Shown here piece by piece: positions 19,442 to 29,564 of a DNA stretch of 64,000 nucleotides. The notes beneath the pieces are model-generated. The model saw only the letters and a program-made list of their open reading frames with translations. It searched no databases and was not told the DNA's origin. A program made the position numbers and the translations under genes. The stretch comes from Lentimicrobiaceae bacterium (GTDB taxonomy: Bacteria > Bacteroidota > Bacteroidia > Bacteroidales > UBA4417), in assembly GCA_041753535.1 (NCBI GenBank), contig JBGSUB010000022.1, positions 28,768-92,767 on the forward strand, given 5' to 3'. Position 1 is the stretch's first letter, and each line of letters opens with the position of its first letter.

Positions 19442-20068
19442 TTACAGCACTTTCATCGTCATTTTAATTTCCTTTACCGGTTTATCGCCGGGAGCAGTCT
19501 GAACGGCTGCAATTTTATCAATTACATCAAGGCCTTCAACAACTTCACCAAACACAGTGTAATCACCATCAAGGAAAGGTGTTCCGCCAATTGTAGTATA
19601 AATCGTACGTTGTTCGGCAGTGTATTTTACTTTGCGTTTGCCATCGAACTGATTCAACTGTTCGGCAGATACTTTTGTACCCTGAACCAGGTAAAATTGC
19701 GAGCCTGAAGATTCTTTTTTAGGATTTACCTGGTCGCCCATGCGGGCAGCTGCCAGAGCTCCTTTTTTATGAATGTGAGCAGGAACAAATTCAGCCGGAA
19801 CGCGGTTACTTACTTCTGTTTTTCCTGCAGGAGCGCCACCGCCCTGAACCATAAAATCCTTTATTACGCGATGAAAAGGTGATCCGTTATAAAAACCTTC
19901 TTTAACAAGTTTTATAAAATTGTCGCGGTGCAACGGGGTATCGTTATAAAGCGCAACTTTAATATCGCCCATATCGGTATGAATGAGCACTTTGGTTTGC
20001 TTCTGGGCGTCGAGTTCCATCATAAAAAGGAAAGTAAGTGTTAATGTTAAAAGGATTGAACGTTTCAT
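19442..20068 (-). CDS. Peptidylprolyl isomerase, cyclophilin type, secreted
   Basis: Signal peptide present. Motifs FHRVIKDFMVQGG and YTVFGEVVEGLDVIDKI. Confidence 0.9.
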   Translation of the reverse strand: MKRSILLTLTLTFLFMMELDAQKQTKVLIHTDMGDIKVALYNDTPLHRDNFIKLVKEGFYNGSPFHRVIKDFMVQGGGAPAGKTEVSNRVPAEFVPAHIHKKGALAAARMGDQVNPKKESSGSQFYLVQGTKVSAEQLNQFDGKRKVKYTAEQRTIYTTIGGTPFLDGDYTVFGEVVEGLDVIDKIAAVQTAPGDKPVKEIKMTMKVL

Positions 20069-20218
20069 GTTTTTTTAGATTGATTTGTGTGTAAACGATT
20101 TTATTATGTATTTATTTTGTTTTGCGGAGCGTAAAGAAATGTCGGATGTCGGATATGTGTATGTTAGTGTCCAGACCTTGGAATTTGGTCCCGCCTCCGG
20201 CGGGAGGGATATTGGATC

Positions 20219-21040
20219 TTATTTAATAATTTTAATCGTCATCGGTATATCTTTTAGAGGTCTGTCATTGGTGTCAGTTTGTACGGCTGCAATTTGATCT
20301 ACAATTTCCATGCCACTCACAACTTCGCCAAAAACGGTGTAAGCTCCATCGAGGTGAGGCGTGCCCCCGATGGTTGTATATATTTCCCGTTGTGCATCAG
20401 TAATTTTCCATGGTTTTGTACACAGGTATTGGGCTTCAACAGCATTGCGGTATTTCCCGATTGTTACACGGATATTGGCTGTATCGCGCTGATCCACCAT
20501 TTGGCGGAAAGCTTTCAGTTCGGCTTCCTTGCCTTCCCTTTTCAGCAGGTCCATCATAATGTATTGCTTGGTGCGGCGTTCCACTTTTAGTTCAACCGCA
20601 TCGAGTTCATCGTTGGTAAACACTTTGCCCTGCACAATATAAAATTGTGATGCCGACGAAGCTTTCAGGGGATTTTCGTCGTCGTTTTCGCGGGCAGCAG
20701 CAAAAGCCCCCCGTTTATGAAGGTAGGAAGGAACATATTCGAAAGGAATTGTATAGGTTGTATCCCCATCGCCCAATAACGCGCCTGGTTTTGCATCCCG
20801 TGAAGTCGGATCGCCGCCTTGTATCATAAATTTTTGAATCACGCGGTGAAATAATGTTCCATTAAAATACCCGGCATCTGCAAGTTTTATGAAATTTTCC
20901 TTATGCTTTGCAGTACTGTCGTACAATTTCACAACAATATCGCCGTCAGGAGTGGTAATGCTAAACAGTGTTTCTTTGGGTCTGGAAGTGCACGCTGCCA
21001 GCAGAATAGCCAGGCTTGCAACAAGTATAATATGCTTCAT
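20219..21040 (-). CDS. Peptidylprolyl isomerase, cyclophilin type, lipoprotein with an internal insertion
   Basis: Lipobox LLAAC. Motifs FHRVIQKFMIQGG and YTVFGEVVSGMEIVDQI, with a roughly 65-aa insert between them compared with its neighbour. Confidence 0.9.
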   Translation of the reverse strand: MKHIILVASLAILLAACTSRPKETLFSITTPDGDIVVKLYDSTAKHKENFIKLADAGYFNGTLFHRVIQKFMIQGGDPTSRDAKPGALLGDGDTTYTIPFEYVPSYLHKRGAFAAARENDDENPLKASSASQFYIVQGKVFTNDELDAVELKVERRTKQYIMMDLLKREGKEAELKAFRQMVDQRDTANIRVTIGKYRNAVEAQYLCTKPWKITDAQREIYTTIGGTPHLDGAYTVFGEVVSGMEIVDQIAAVQTDTNDRPLKDIPMTIKIIK

Positions 21041-21094
21041 TGTAAAAGATATTGATGATAAACAGGTAAACGATTTTAAAAGAGCGGGAAAATA

Positions 21095-22111
21095 CTATTC
21101 GCCGTATTTCAATAAAAATTCAGGATTTATAGCTTTGAAACTTACCCTGCCGTTATTAAAATTTTCGTTCGACAAAAGTAGTTCAATCTTTTCGTTTAAA
21201 GGCCGAATTACTATACCTTCTGCCCATACATCAGGGCAAATACTACTTTTAATTGTTGCCATTTTTATTATTTCGTCAATTTCATTTTCAAGTTCATAGT
21301 CTGTTGAAAGTACAGGAACTATGGGCAGTTGTAGTTTTTCGAACAGTGAAATGAATTTTTCAAAGGGCAGGTATTCAAACCTGTCAATATCAAATGCATT
21401 AAAAAACAGCACTTTCTGACCTCTTAATTTCAGCTTATTGTCCTGAATACCTTCGCCTATTAACTCGCCTTGTATAGCATAATTGCCGTTAAGCGACAGG
21501 AGTTTGTTTTCGATGTCCAACTGCCTGGCAACTTTCCAGAAACTGTTTTCAGCATCTTCCAACAGTTCCAGGTTACGCGAGCAAACGCCAAATTCGCCAT
21601 TGTTAACGTAAAAAGTCCCGGAACTGCCATCTACTTTTTCGGTTATGTAACATTTTTCACCTTTGTATTTGTCTAATAGTTTCTGCAGGACCTGTACGCG
21701 TGTTTCGTCAGTTTTGGGGATAAACGAAGGGAATTTACCCTTTGCAATACCGCTTAAGCAGGCTGGCATAGGGGGTTCATATTTTCGAATCCCTAATATT
21801 TCTGTACAATCAGCATCTTCAGCCACAACAAAATCAGCCGGTAGTATTGACAAAGGAAAACATATTCCCTGTGATACCTGTCCGCGAAGCCTGATAGTGC
21901 GAACCCGCATTCCGCGTGGTTTTAAAAATTCAAATTCAGGCTTATCAGGCATCAGGCTGTCAATTTCGCAATAAACGACAAATTCGCCCACGGTGAATTC
22001 GTGTTTTTTTACAACTAACTGCCAGCCCAATATGGTTGCTTTTTCAATTGAATCAGCTCCTTCGATGGGTTCAATAGCAATAATTTTCTGGATACTTGCT
22101 AGTTTTCTCAT
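21095..22111 (-). CDS. ATP-dependent RNA ligase (DRB0094/Rnl5-like family)
   Basis: 338 aa with the covalent nucleotidyltransferase motif KxDG in ITEKVDGSS. The N-terminal MRKLASIQKI..GADSIE is typical of this family. Confidence 0.65.
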   Translation of the reverse strand: MRKLASIQKIIAIEPIEGADSIEKATILGWQLVVKKHEFTVGEFVVYCEIDSLMPDKPEFEFLKPRGMRVRTIRLRGQVSQGICFPLSILPADFVVAEDADCTEILGIRKYEPPMPACLSGIAKGKFPSFIPKTDETRVQVLQKLLDKYKGEKCYITEKVDGSSGTFYVNNGEFGVCSRNLELLEDAENSFWKVARQLDIENKLLSLNGNYAIQGELIGEGIQDNKLKLRGQKVLFFNAFDIDRFEYLPFEKFISLFEKLQLPIVPVLSTDYELENEIDEIIKMATIKSSICPDVWAEGIVIRPLNEKIELLLSNENFNNGRVSFKAINPEFLLKYGE

Positions 22112-22298
22112 TAAAGAATGTCAGTGAATTTTAAAGGGTCGGTAGAAGGAAATCGGATGTCGTATGTCGGAACAGGCAAGCCGAAATGAGGGGGATTACT
22201 TTTGGTTTTCGGACACAATGCCTTTACAGAATTCTGTTTCACTACCCTCTCTGTCGTCTCCTCAATCCTCTCAATCCCTTCAATCACCTCAATCCCTC

Positions 22299-22889
22299 TC
22301 AAACCTTAAACCCTGTTTTAATATCCGTATAACATTTGCGACAGAGTGGTTCATAACTCTCTTTTTCTCCCAATAAAACTAATTTCTCACTTAGTCCTGT
22401 ACGGTGCGAATAGTGCGCCAAATCCCCGCATTTCATACAAATTGCATGTACCTTGGTGACATATTCGGCTGTAGCCATCAATGCGGGCACAGGGCCAAAG
22501 GGTTTACCCTGGAAATCCATATCCAAACCGGCAACAACCACCCTTATGCCCTGGTTAGCGATGTAATTGCATACTGCCGGCAGGTCATCATCCAGAAATT
22601 GCGCTTCGTCAATGCCTACAACATCCATCCCGTCAATATATAGCAATATCTGCGACGCATTCTGTACAGGAATGGAACGAATGCTATTCTCGTTGTGTGA
22701 AACAACATTTGTGTCATCGTAACGTTTATCTATTTCCGGCTTGAAAATCTCCACTCTCTGCCTGGCAATCCGGGCACGGGTAAGCCTGCGGATCAATTCC
22801 TCAGTTTTCCCCGAGAACATCGAACCTACGATGACTTCGATCCAGCCTCGGCCTAGTGATGGATTGTTAGTGGATTTTTCAAGAAACAT
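22299..22889 (-). CDS. tdk: Thymidine kinase
   Basis: P-loop [11 protein letters not shown] and C-terminal zinc-ribbon cysteines (CMKCG...CRKC). The ATG at 22889 is preferred over the TTG at 22940. Confidence 0.9.
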   Translation of the reverse strand: MFLEKSTNNPSLGRGWIEVIVGSMFSGKTEELIRRLTRARIARQRVEIFKPEIDKRYDDTNVVSHNENSIRSIPVQNASQILLYIDGMDVVGIDEAQFLDDDLPAVCNYIANQGIRVVVAGLDMDFQGKPFGPVPALMATAEYVTKVHAICMKCGDLAHYSHRTGLSEKLVLLGEKESYEPLCRKCYTDIKTGFKV

Positions 22890-23038
22890 AAGCAGCGTAG
22901 ATTTTTCTTTGCTAATTTTAGCGCCTGTTTGAAATGGCAAACTTAACGAAATAATTGTTGTGTTGCCGGTGCTGTAATACCTGTATAACTAAAATCTTTC
23001 AACAAAAAGCTAACAAATTTTAATACACGATATTTATC

Positions 23039-23974
23039 ATGGATTTAAACCGACTAACACGCGATGCTGATGATCTGATCAGGAAAGTAGTATCGAGGTA
23101 CAATCAATTATATATTCCGGCCGGCAGTATTTCGCAGGTGGAACTCGACCTGATGCTCGACGATCTGCGGAAGCTTTATGATACTTTTAAAACCATTGGG
23201 CAGGTTAATCTTTCCCTTCAACGTGACCAGCAGAAACCGGAAGTAACCGTTCAAACTCAGGCTCCGGATCGGATACAGAACAAAGATTCCTCTCCCGGAT
23301 CCCGAAGTTTCAGTCCAACGGAAACCCAAAATGAAATGCTGGCAGAGCCACGACATGAGCCCGAGACTAAAGCGGTTGAAGCATCTCAGCCGACAGCAAT
23401 GACCAGGAATGAAATAGAATCAGAACCACAGCCACATCAGGCTGAACCCGAAAAAAACCCTGACCAGGACAAGCCGTTGGAAGAAAGAATAGAACAGAAT
23501 ACGAATAACCTCCGGGAATCCGATTTAACATCTTCTTTCGATGGTGAGCAGACAGTTGAAGCGGATATAACAGAAACTCAAACAACCGTTGAGACTGTTG
23601 CTCAGAATCCGGTAACAGAGATAAATCCTGAAAATGAGCCTTCAATGCTTGCCGATAAGTTCAATTCATTGAATAAATCATTAAGTGATTCTATTGCTTC
23701 AACTCCTGCAAAAGATGTGGTAGGAGGACGCATACTTTATCAACCTATTCCTGACCTAAATACCGGTATCGGGCTTAATGACAAGTTCAACTTTATAAGC
23801 GAATTGTTCGGGAACAACCAGGTTCATTACGACGAAGCCATTAGCCGCATAAATAAAGCAGTGAACATGGACGAAGCCAATTGGATATTACAGAAATATC
23901 ATACACCTGAATGGGAGCATAAACATGAAGCAATAAAAAGGATGAAGGATTTTATAAGGAGGAGGTTTATTTGA
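23039..23974 (+). CDS. Hypothetical protein with a long acidic, low-complexity central region
   Basis: 311-aa ORF. The central ~130 aa are rich in E/Q/P/T. The termini look ordered, but I recognise no family. Confidence 0.4.
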   Translation: MDLNRLTRDADDLIRKVVSRYNQLYIPAGSISQVELDLMLDDLRKLYDTFKTIGQVNLSLQRDQQKPEVTVQTQAPDRIQNKDSSPGSRSFSPTETQNEMLAEPRHEPETKAVEASQPTAMTRNEIESEPQPHQAEPEKNPDQDKPLEERIEQNTNNLRESDLTSSFDGEQTVEADITETQTTVETVAQNPVTEINPENEPSMLADKFNSLNKSLSDSIASTPAKDVVGGRILYQPIPDLNTGIGLNDKFNFISELFGNNQVHYDEAISRINKAVNMDEANWILQKYHTPEWEHKHEAIKRMKDFIRRRFI

Positions 23975-24083
23975 AGAGTTTGGAGGGTTTGAAGAGTTTG
24001 AAGGGTTTCAGTGATTCAATAACCTGAAACGCGAAACCCGAAACCAGATGAGCTTCCCGATTAAATACAAATAAAAACCGCAC

Positions 24084-25370
24084 GTGAAACTTAATTTCAT
24101 CCCAGCTATACTTATTCTGCTTTCGCAGATTTCCTTCGCCCAGGATATAAAATATGCCCGCTCATTGATTGATACATTGGCATCGCCTGGAATGCATGGC
24201 AGAGGGTATGTAGCTGATGGAGACAAGATTGCAGCAAAGTTCCTTGCCGGAGAATTTGAGAAAATGGGGTTACTGTCATTTGTTCCGGGTTACAGGCAAA
24301 CCTATTCTTTCCCGATGAATACGCTGCCCGGGAAACTGGAAGCTTTAGCCAATCAAAAGCAACTTAAGGCTGGTTCCGATTTCCAGGTTTGGGCTGCTAC
24401 CCCTTCTATCAAAGGCACGTATAAAGTTGTGTCCTTTCCTTCTGAAATACTTCTGAATACAAAAAAACTGAAAAAGTTTAGTTCGAAAGATTACCGGCAG
24501 AAATTTATACTTCTTGACAAAAAAGGGATCACGGATAAAAAGGCTCTTGCTGTTCTCGATTCGCTGAAATTTTATAATTTCCTGAAAGCGCCATGTCTTA
24601 TTTATGTGAGCGACACTAAGCTGACAGGAAGTGTAATGATTGGTTTCAAACAGAGGAATTATGCGGTTATTGACCTCAGGCGGGAAGCACTACCAAAAAA
24701 GCTGAAAACATTCTCGCTGGAAGTTGAATCAGAATTTATTTCTTCCCACAAAGCGGCAAATGTGATCGGATGGATAAAAGGGCAGGCTCAACCTGATACA
24801 TTACTGGTTTTTACCGCTCATTACGATCACCTTGGCAGGATGGGAAAAGACGTTTTTTATCCCGGGGCCAACGACAATGCCAGCGGAACAGCTATGGTTA
24901 CCGACCTGGCCAGGCATTACTCGCAACCCGGGAATCAGCCATATTATTCAATGGCATTTATACTTCTGAGCGGTGAGGAAGCCGGTTTGCTCGGAGCAAA
25001 ATACTGTGCTTCGCATCCCCCTTTCGACCTGAAAAAGATCAAATTTCTGGTCAACCTCGATATGGTCGGCACAGGAAGTGAAGGCATTACAATGGTTAAT
25101 GCAACAAAGTTCAAAGACGCTTATGACCGGATGGTAAAAATAAATGCCGATAACGAATATATCCTGACTGTGAAAGAAAGAGGCGAATCTTGCAACAGCG
25201 ATCACTGCCCGTTTTACGAAAAAGGCGTTCCTGCTGTTTTTATTTATTCCCTGGGAAAAGAGTTTACCGAATACCACAACCCTGATGATCAGAGCAGTAC
25301 ACTTCCTCTTTCGGAATACAACGATATTTTCAGGTTGATGAGGGACTTTATGGATGGGTTCAGGCGTTAA
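24084..25370 (+). CDS. M28 family metallopeptidase (aminopeptidase)
   Basis: Motifs AHYDHLG, GANDNASGTAMV and LLSGEEAGLLGAKY, with a signal peptide. The ORF starts at GTG 24084. Confidence 0.8.
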   Translation: MKLNFIPAILILLSQISFAQDIKYARSLIDTLASPGMHGRGYVADGDKIAAKFLAGEFEKMGLLSFVPGYRQTYSFPMNTLPGKLEALANQKQLKAGSDFQVWAATPSIKGTYKVVSFPSEILLNTKKLKKFSSKDYRQKFILLDKKGITDKKALAVLDSLKFYNFLKAPCLIYVSDTKLTGSVMIGFKQRNYAVIDLRREALPKKLKTFSLEVESEFISSHKAANVIGWIKGQAQPDTLLVFTAHYDHLGRMGKDVFYPGANDNASGTAMVTDLARHYSQPGNQPYYSMAFILLSGEEAGLLGAKYCASHPPFDLKKIKFLVNLDMVGTGSEGITMVNATKFKDAYDRMVKINADNEYILTVKERGESCNSDHCPFYEKGVPAVFIYSLGKEFTEYHNPDDQSSTLPLSEYNDIFRLMRDFMDGFRR

Positions 25371-25482
25371 GTCCCAAATCCCAAATCCCAAGATCCAGAA
25401 CCCAAGCACTAAACCCTTCAAACCCTTCTAACCCCAACTCCTAAACCCCAACTCCTAATCCCCAACTCCTAATCCCTGAACA

Positions 25483-26193
25483 ATGAAACTTTACCTCATC
25501 CCCACCCCTATCGGCAACCTCGAGGATATTACTCTCAGGGCATTACGGATATTGAAGGAAGTGGATATTATTCTGGCTGAGGATACCCGGACTTCTTCAA
25601 AGCTTTTGCGGCATTATGAAATTGATAAAAAAGTACTTGCCCATCATCAGTTCAACGAGCATAAAACAACCGAAAACCTTGTGAGGCAGATTAAAGAAGG
25701 AACTCCGATGGCACTGATTTCCGATGCCGGCACACCCGGGATTTCCGATCCGGGATTTTTATTAACACGAGCATGCATACAAGCCGGGATTGATGTTGAA
25801 TGCCTGCCCGGTCCCACCGCATTTGTTCCGGCATTGGTTAATTCGGGTTTGCCAAGCGATCGATTCCTGTTCGAAGGATTTCTGCCACATAAAAAAGGCA
25901 GGCAAACCCGTTTGAAAGAACTTGCCCGGCAACCTTATACTTTTATTTTGTACGAATCGCCATTCAGGTTAGTTAAAAGTCTTGAGCAACTTGCCGAATA
26001 CCTCGGTGCTGAAAGACAGGCCTGTGTTTCGCGGGAGCTAACCAAGATTTACGAAGAAAACCGCCGCGGGACATTAGCCGAACTGGCAGAGTGGTACAAA
26101 TCGCATCCGCCGAAAGGGGAAATTGTATTGGTGGTTGCAGGAGCATCCAGGATTGATACAGGAAATACAAATACTGAAGAGGATACAGAATAG
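25483..26193 (+). CDS. rsmI: 16S rRNA (cytidine1402-2'-O)-methyltransferase
   Basis: N-terminus MKLYLIPTPIGNLEDITLRAL, with AEDTR and ISDAGTPGISDPG motifs of the RsmI tetrapyrrole-methylase fold. Confidence 0.9.
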   Translation: MKLYLIPTPIGNLEDITLRALRILKEVDIILAEDTRTSSKLLRHYEIDKKVLAHHQFNEHKTTENLVRQIKEGTPMALISDAGTPGISDPGFLLTRACIQAGIDVECLPGPTAFVPALVNSGLPSDRFLFEGFLPHKKGRQTRLKELARQPYTFILYESPFRLVKSLEQLAEYLGAERQACVSRELTKIYEENRRGTLAELAEWYKSHPPKGEIVLVVAGASRIDTGNTNTEEDTE

Positions 26194-26214
26194 TGGTTTG
26201 TAGTGTATCGAATA

Positions 26215-26396
26215 AACCATGGAGGCACTAAGTCCACAGAGAGACACGGAGATGAAGATTGAGAATTTTAAGATGCCATTTTCCTGAAAGAATAATTTCT
26301 TATTGAAACTTAGTGCCCTCAGTGCCATAGTGGTTTAAAGAGCTCTGATCGAAAATTTCTCCGTGAAATCTCTGTGTTCTCCATGCCTCTGTGGTT
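26215..26396. repeat. Palindromic REP-like element built of cacagag/cacggag words
   Basis: aaccatggaggcactaagtccacagagagacacggaga (left) pairs with tctccgtgaaatctctgtgttctccatgcctctgtggtt (right). An extra internal arm, acttagtgccctcagtgccatagtggttt, is also present. Confidence 0.6.
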
Positions 26397-26445
26397 AAAA
26401 AGAAAGCTCAATGCAAGCACACACAACCTAAAATATTTTTATCAG

Positions 26446-26874
26446 ATGAACTATTGTTACGAATATCCACGTCCGGCGGTAACTGCTGACATTGTTGTTA
26501 TAAAGACTATTGATAATCAACCGGAAGTATTGTTAATTGAGCGCAAACATCCGCCCTTTGAGGGAATGTGGGCATTGCCAGGAGGATTTTTAAATATGGA
26601 CGAAACGCTTGAAGAAGCCGCCTTACGCGAACTGCAGGAAGAAACAGGAATTGCCAGCATTAAACTTGAGCAGTTTCATACTTACAGCAAAGTAGACCGT
26701 GATCCGCGTCACCGAACTATAACAACCGTTTTTATTGGCTATGCTACTGGAAATACTGCTGAACCCGAAGCGGGAGATGATGCAGCAAATGTTCAATGGT
26801 TTCAATTAAACCAATTACCTTCGCTGGCTTTTGATCATGCGGAAGTGATGGAGATGGTAAAAATAAAACTTTAA
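26446..26874 (+). CDS. NUDIX hydrolase
   Basis: Nudix box GGFLNMDETLEEAALRELQEETG. The ATG at 26446 was chosen because the upstream part of the long ORF lies in the REP-like element. Confidence 0.85.
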   Translation: MNYCYEYPRPAVTADIVVIKTIDNQPEVLLIERKHPPFEGMWALPGGFLNMDETLEEAALRELQEETGIASIKLEQFHTYSKVDRDPRHRTITTVFIGYATGNTAEPEAGDDAANVQWFQLNQLPSLAFDHAEVMEMVKIKL

Positions 26875-26879
26875 ATTGA

Positions 26880-27527
26880 TCACATCTCTTTCAACATCGC
26901 TTTTACAATATTATCGGCTCCTTCGGCTATCTGTAAAATATTGGCATCGAGCATATAGCATGGTGTTGTGAACACTTTGTGCTTGCTGTCGGTAATGACC
27001 TGCCCGTGATATGTGTTTTTATGCTTTGCTCCCATTTGTTCAACAGCAGCAGCAGTACCTGTGTCGCTGCCAATAGTAATTTCGACCTCACCTAATACTT
27101 TGGCGAGAATAACCGGTGAAATACAAAGCGCTCCGATTGATTTGCGCAGGCTTACTGCTTCGCGCACCACTTTACTCACCTGGGGATTAACTTCACAATC
27201 GGCACCTTTAAATGCAAATGAGCAAAGATTCTTAGCCACACCGAACCCTCCTGGAAATAGAAGAGCATCAAAATCGCGCATATCCAGTTCTGTTAGCGGT
27301 TTGATTTTACCACGGGCAATCCGCGCACTTTCTACCAGCACATTGCGGGTTTCGGGCATTTCGGCTCCGGTAAGATGGTTTACAACATGATGCTGGGGAA
27401 TATCCGGCGCAAAAAGCTGGTATTCAGCGCCATTTTTCATCACGGCATACATGCTCATTACTGCTTCGTGTATTTCGGCACCGTCGTAAACGCCACAGCC
27501 GGCGAGGATTATTGCGAATTTTTTCAT
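26880..27527 (-). CDS. elbB: Isoprenoid biosynthesis glyoxalase ElbB (DJ-1/PfpI superfamily)
   Basis: 215 aa with the N-terminus MKKFAIILAGCGVYDGAEIHEAV and the conserved ALCISP nucleophile elbow. Confidence 0.8.
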   Translation of the reverse strand: MKKFAIILAGCGVYDGAEIHEAVMSMYAVMKNGAEYQLFAPDIPQHHVVNHLTGAEMPETRNVLVESARIARGKIKPLTELDMRDFDALLFPGGFGVAKNLCSFAFKGADCEVNPQVSKVVREAVSLRKSIGALCISPVILAKVLGEVEITIGSDTGTAAAVEQMGAKHKNTYHGQVITDSKHKVFTTPCYMLDANILQIAEGADNIVKAMLKEM

Positions 27528-27839
27528 AAGTATTTATTTTAATGGCATAAAATTACGAAATGTCAGCATAAAATTTGAAAGATAGTTTTCTATAGTGCCT
27601 GGTAGAAATTTGAACTTTTAGTTTATTTTTACATCTGGATTGAAGGCTTGCCTGCTGCAAGCAGGGATTGAAAAGATTGATTTGATTGATGTGGAGTTAA
27701 ACTCACAATCCCCTTTTTTGAAATCTCAAATCATAATTTCCCCTTGTCCCCCTTTTCTCCCCTCCTTTTGTCTCCCTTCTCCTTGTCTCCCTAAGCCCGA
27801 AACCCTAATCCCAAAAACCTAACCCCCAAACTTTCCCAA

Positions 27840-28520
27840 ATGTGTGGCCGTTTCTCCCTTACAGCAAATGAAGCAGAACTGAACCTCCGGTTTGAACTCG
27901 CAGGTGGTGAAGCACCTTATGTTCCACGTTATAACGGTGCTCCAACCCAAATGCTGGCAGTAATCACAGGCGAAAATCCGCATCAGTTGAGCTATCATCG
28001 CTGGGGATTGATTCCGCCCTGGGCAAAAGATATTTCGATCGGCAATAAAATGATAAATGCCAGGGCTGAAACCATTACCGAAAAAGCTTCGTTCCGGGCA
28101 CCGTTGTTTAGCAGGCGCTGCCTGGTGCCGGCTGATGGATTTTACGAATGGCAGCAGGATGCGGCCAAGCAACCATACAGGATTTTTATAAAGACTAATC
28201 CTATTTTCAGCATGGCCGGTTTGTGGGAACGCTGGAAATCACCCGAAGGAAACGTAATTGAATCGTTCAACATCATAACTATCGAAGCAAATAGTTTTAT
28301 GAAACCGATTCATAACCGAATGCCTGTGATTCTGAAACCTGAGGATGAAAAAACCTGGCTTTCAAGTAAGGATTCAGTTGAAATTCTTTCGCTATTGAAA
28401 CCTTATGCACCGGAGGAACTGGATGCATACCCGGTGTCGAAACTGGTGAATTCGCCAAGAAATGAAACGCCTGAAATAATATTGGAAACGGGCACGGATC
28501 CTTCTATTATTTTAAAATAG
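27840..28520 (+). CDS. SOS response-associated peptidase (SRAP/YedK family)
   Basis: It starts MCGRFSL (catalytic Cys2). The pattern YNGAPTQ...RWGLIP...NARAET...GFYEW is typical of SRAP. Confidence 0.9.
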   Translation: MCGRFSLTANEAELNLRFELAGGEAPYVPRYNGAPTQMLAVITGENPHQLSYHRWGLIPPWAKDISIGNKMINARAETITEKASFRAPLFSRRCLVPADGFYEWQQDAAKQPYRIFIKTNPIFSMAGLWERWKSPEGNVIESFNIITIEANSFMKPIHNRMPVILKPEDEKTWLSSKDSVEILSLLKPYAPEELDAYPVSKLVNSPRNETPEIILETGTDPSIILK

Positions 28521-28533
28521 GGAATTCACTTTT

Positions 28534-29523
28534 TCAAGGTGCCAGCAAACTGCATCCCCTGATATCGCTGTTATCGAACCTTCCCAGTACTTCAAAACTT
28601 CCATCTTCAAAAACCCTTCCAAGGTCCTGGGTGGCAATAAAGGGACAGGAATGAAAATTTGCCAGGTCAATAATGTTTATACCTCCGGTTCGCCCGGGTT
28701 CGAGGTAACTCAGCGGATCGTTGGTATCGGCTATCATCACTTTCATCCAGGGCGGACAGCAAAAAATACCATCGCCCGACGACCAGGCCTGCGATAGTAA
28801 CTCAGTCATTCCATATTCCGAATGGATTTTTTTTACTCCAAAAGCCTTACAAAGATGTGAATGAAGTTCCATGCGCGTGAGTTCATCCCGTCTTCCTTTC
28901 ATGCCACCGGTTTCAATAATAATGGCATCGGGAATAATTACCGGAAATTTTTCAGCCATATCGAGCAAAGCAAATGTTACTCCAAACAACATAATCTTCA
29001 GTCCTTTACTCTGCGCTTCCTGAAGTTTCTGCTGCAATTCACCCAGTTCGTTCAGGTAAAAGCCACCCATTTGCCGGTTCGATTGCAGCAGAATTTTTTC
29101 GACCATATATACCAGAGAGGAATTTTTTTGTTCAAGATACGAAGGCAGCAGAGCAAAAACCACATATTGCGATAAGTCGCCATAGGCAATCTGCAATCCG
29201 CGCATAAAGCTCTCCTGGTAGCAGGATGCATCCACCACGTAATGTTTGCTGGTTTCCATACCGGAAGTGCCGCTGCTTTCGAAAATTAGCTCTTCAGCAT
29301 AATTGCCTGCAACTAATTTGTGCGTTTTAAAAAAACTTACCGGTAAAAAAGGAACCTGCTCCGGATGATAAACCTGGCTTTCGCTTATCCCCAATGCATC
29401 TGTAAAACGCTTATAAATTTCGTTTTTCCTATATTGATACCGAAATAAACTGATAGCAATTTCGTTAAATTCATAAGGGCTTTGCAGATTAAAAATACTA
29501 TGTTTAAATGCAGTGAAATCCAT
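28534..29523 (-). CDS. LuxE-like acyl-protein synthetase / acyl transferase family protein
   Basis: 329 aa with the adenylate-forming-like motif FESSGTSGMETSKH. Overall it resembles the Bacteroidota LuxE-family proteins. Confidence 0.55.
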   Translation of the reverse strand: MDFTAFKHSIFNLQSPYEFNEIAISLFRYQYRKNEIYKRFTDALGISESQVYHPEQVPFLPVSFFKTHKLVAGNYAEELIFESSGTSGMETSKHYVVDASCYQESFMRGLQIAYGDLSQYVVFALLPSYLEQKNSSLVYMVEKILLQSNRQMGGFYLNELGELQQKLQEAQSKGLKIMLFGVTFALLDMAEKFPVIIPDAIIIETGGMKGRRDELTRMELHSHLCKAFGVKKIHSEYGMTELLSQAWSSGDGIFCCPPWMKVMIADTNDPLSYLEPGRTGGINIIDLANFHSCPFIATQDLGRVFEDGSFEVLGRFDNSDIRGCSLLAP

Positions 29524-29564
29524 GAATAGAAATTTTGTAATTTTATGCCTTGTTAACTAAGCGA

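Noticed and set aside
27819-28172. 117-aa antisense ORF overlapping the SRAP gene (and similar antisense ORFs in pyk at 16142..16606, buk at 10301..10843 and the TIR operon genes)
   Set aside because: The sense-strand proteins have clear family motifs. The antisense ORFs have none and lack plausible starts.
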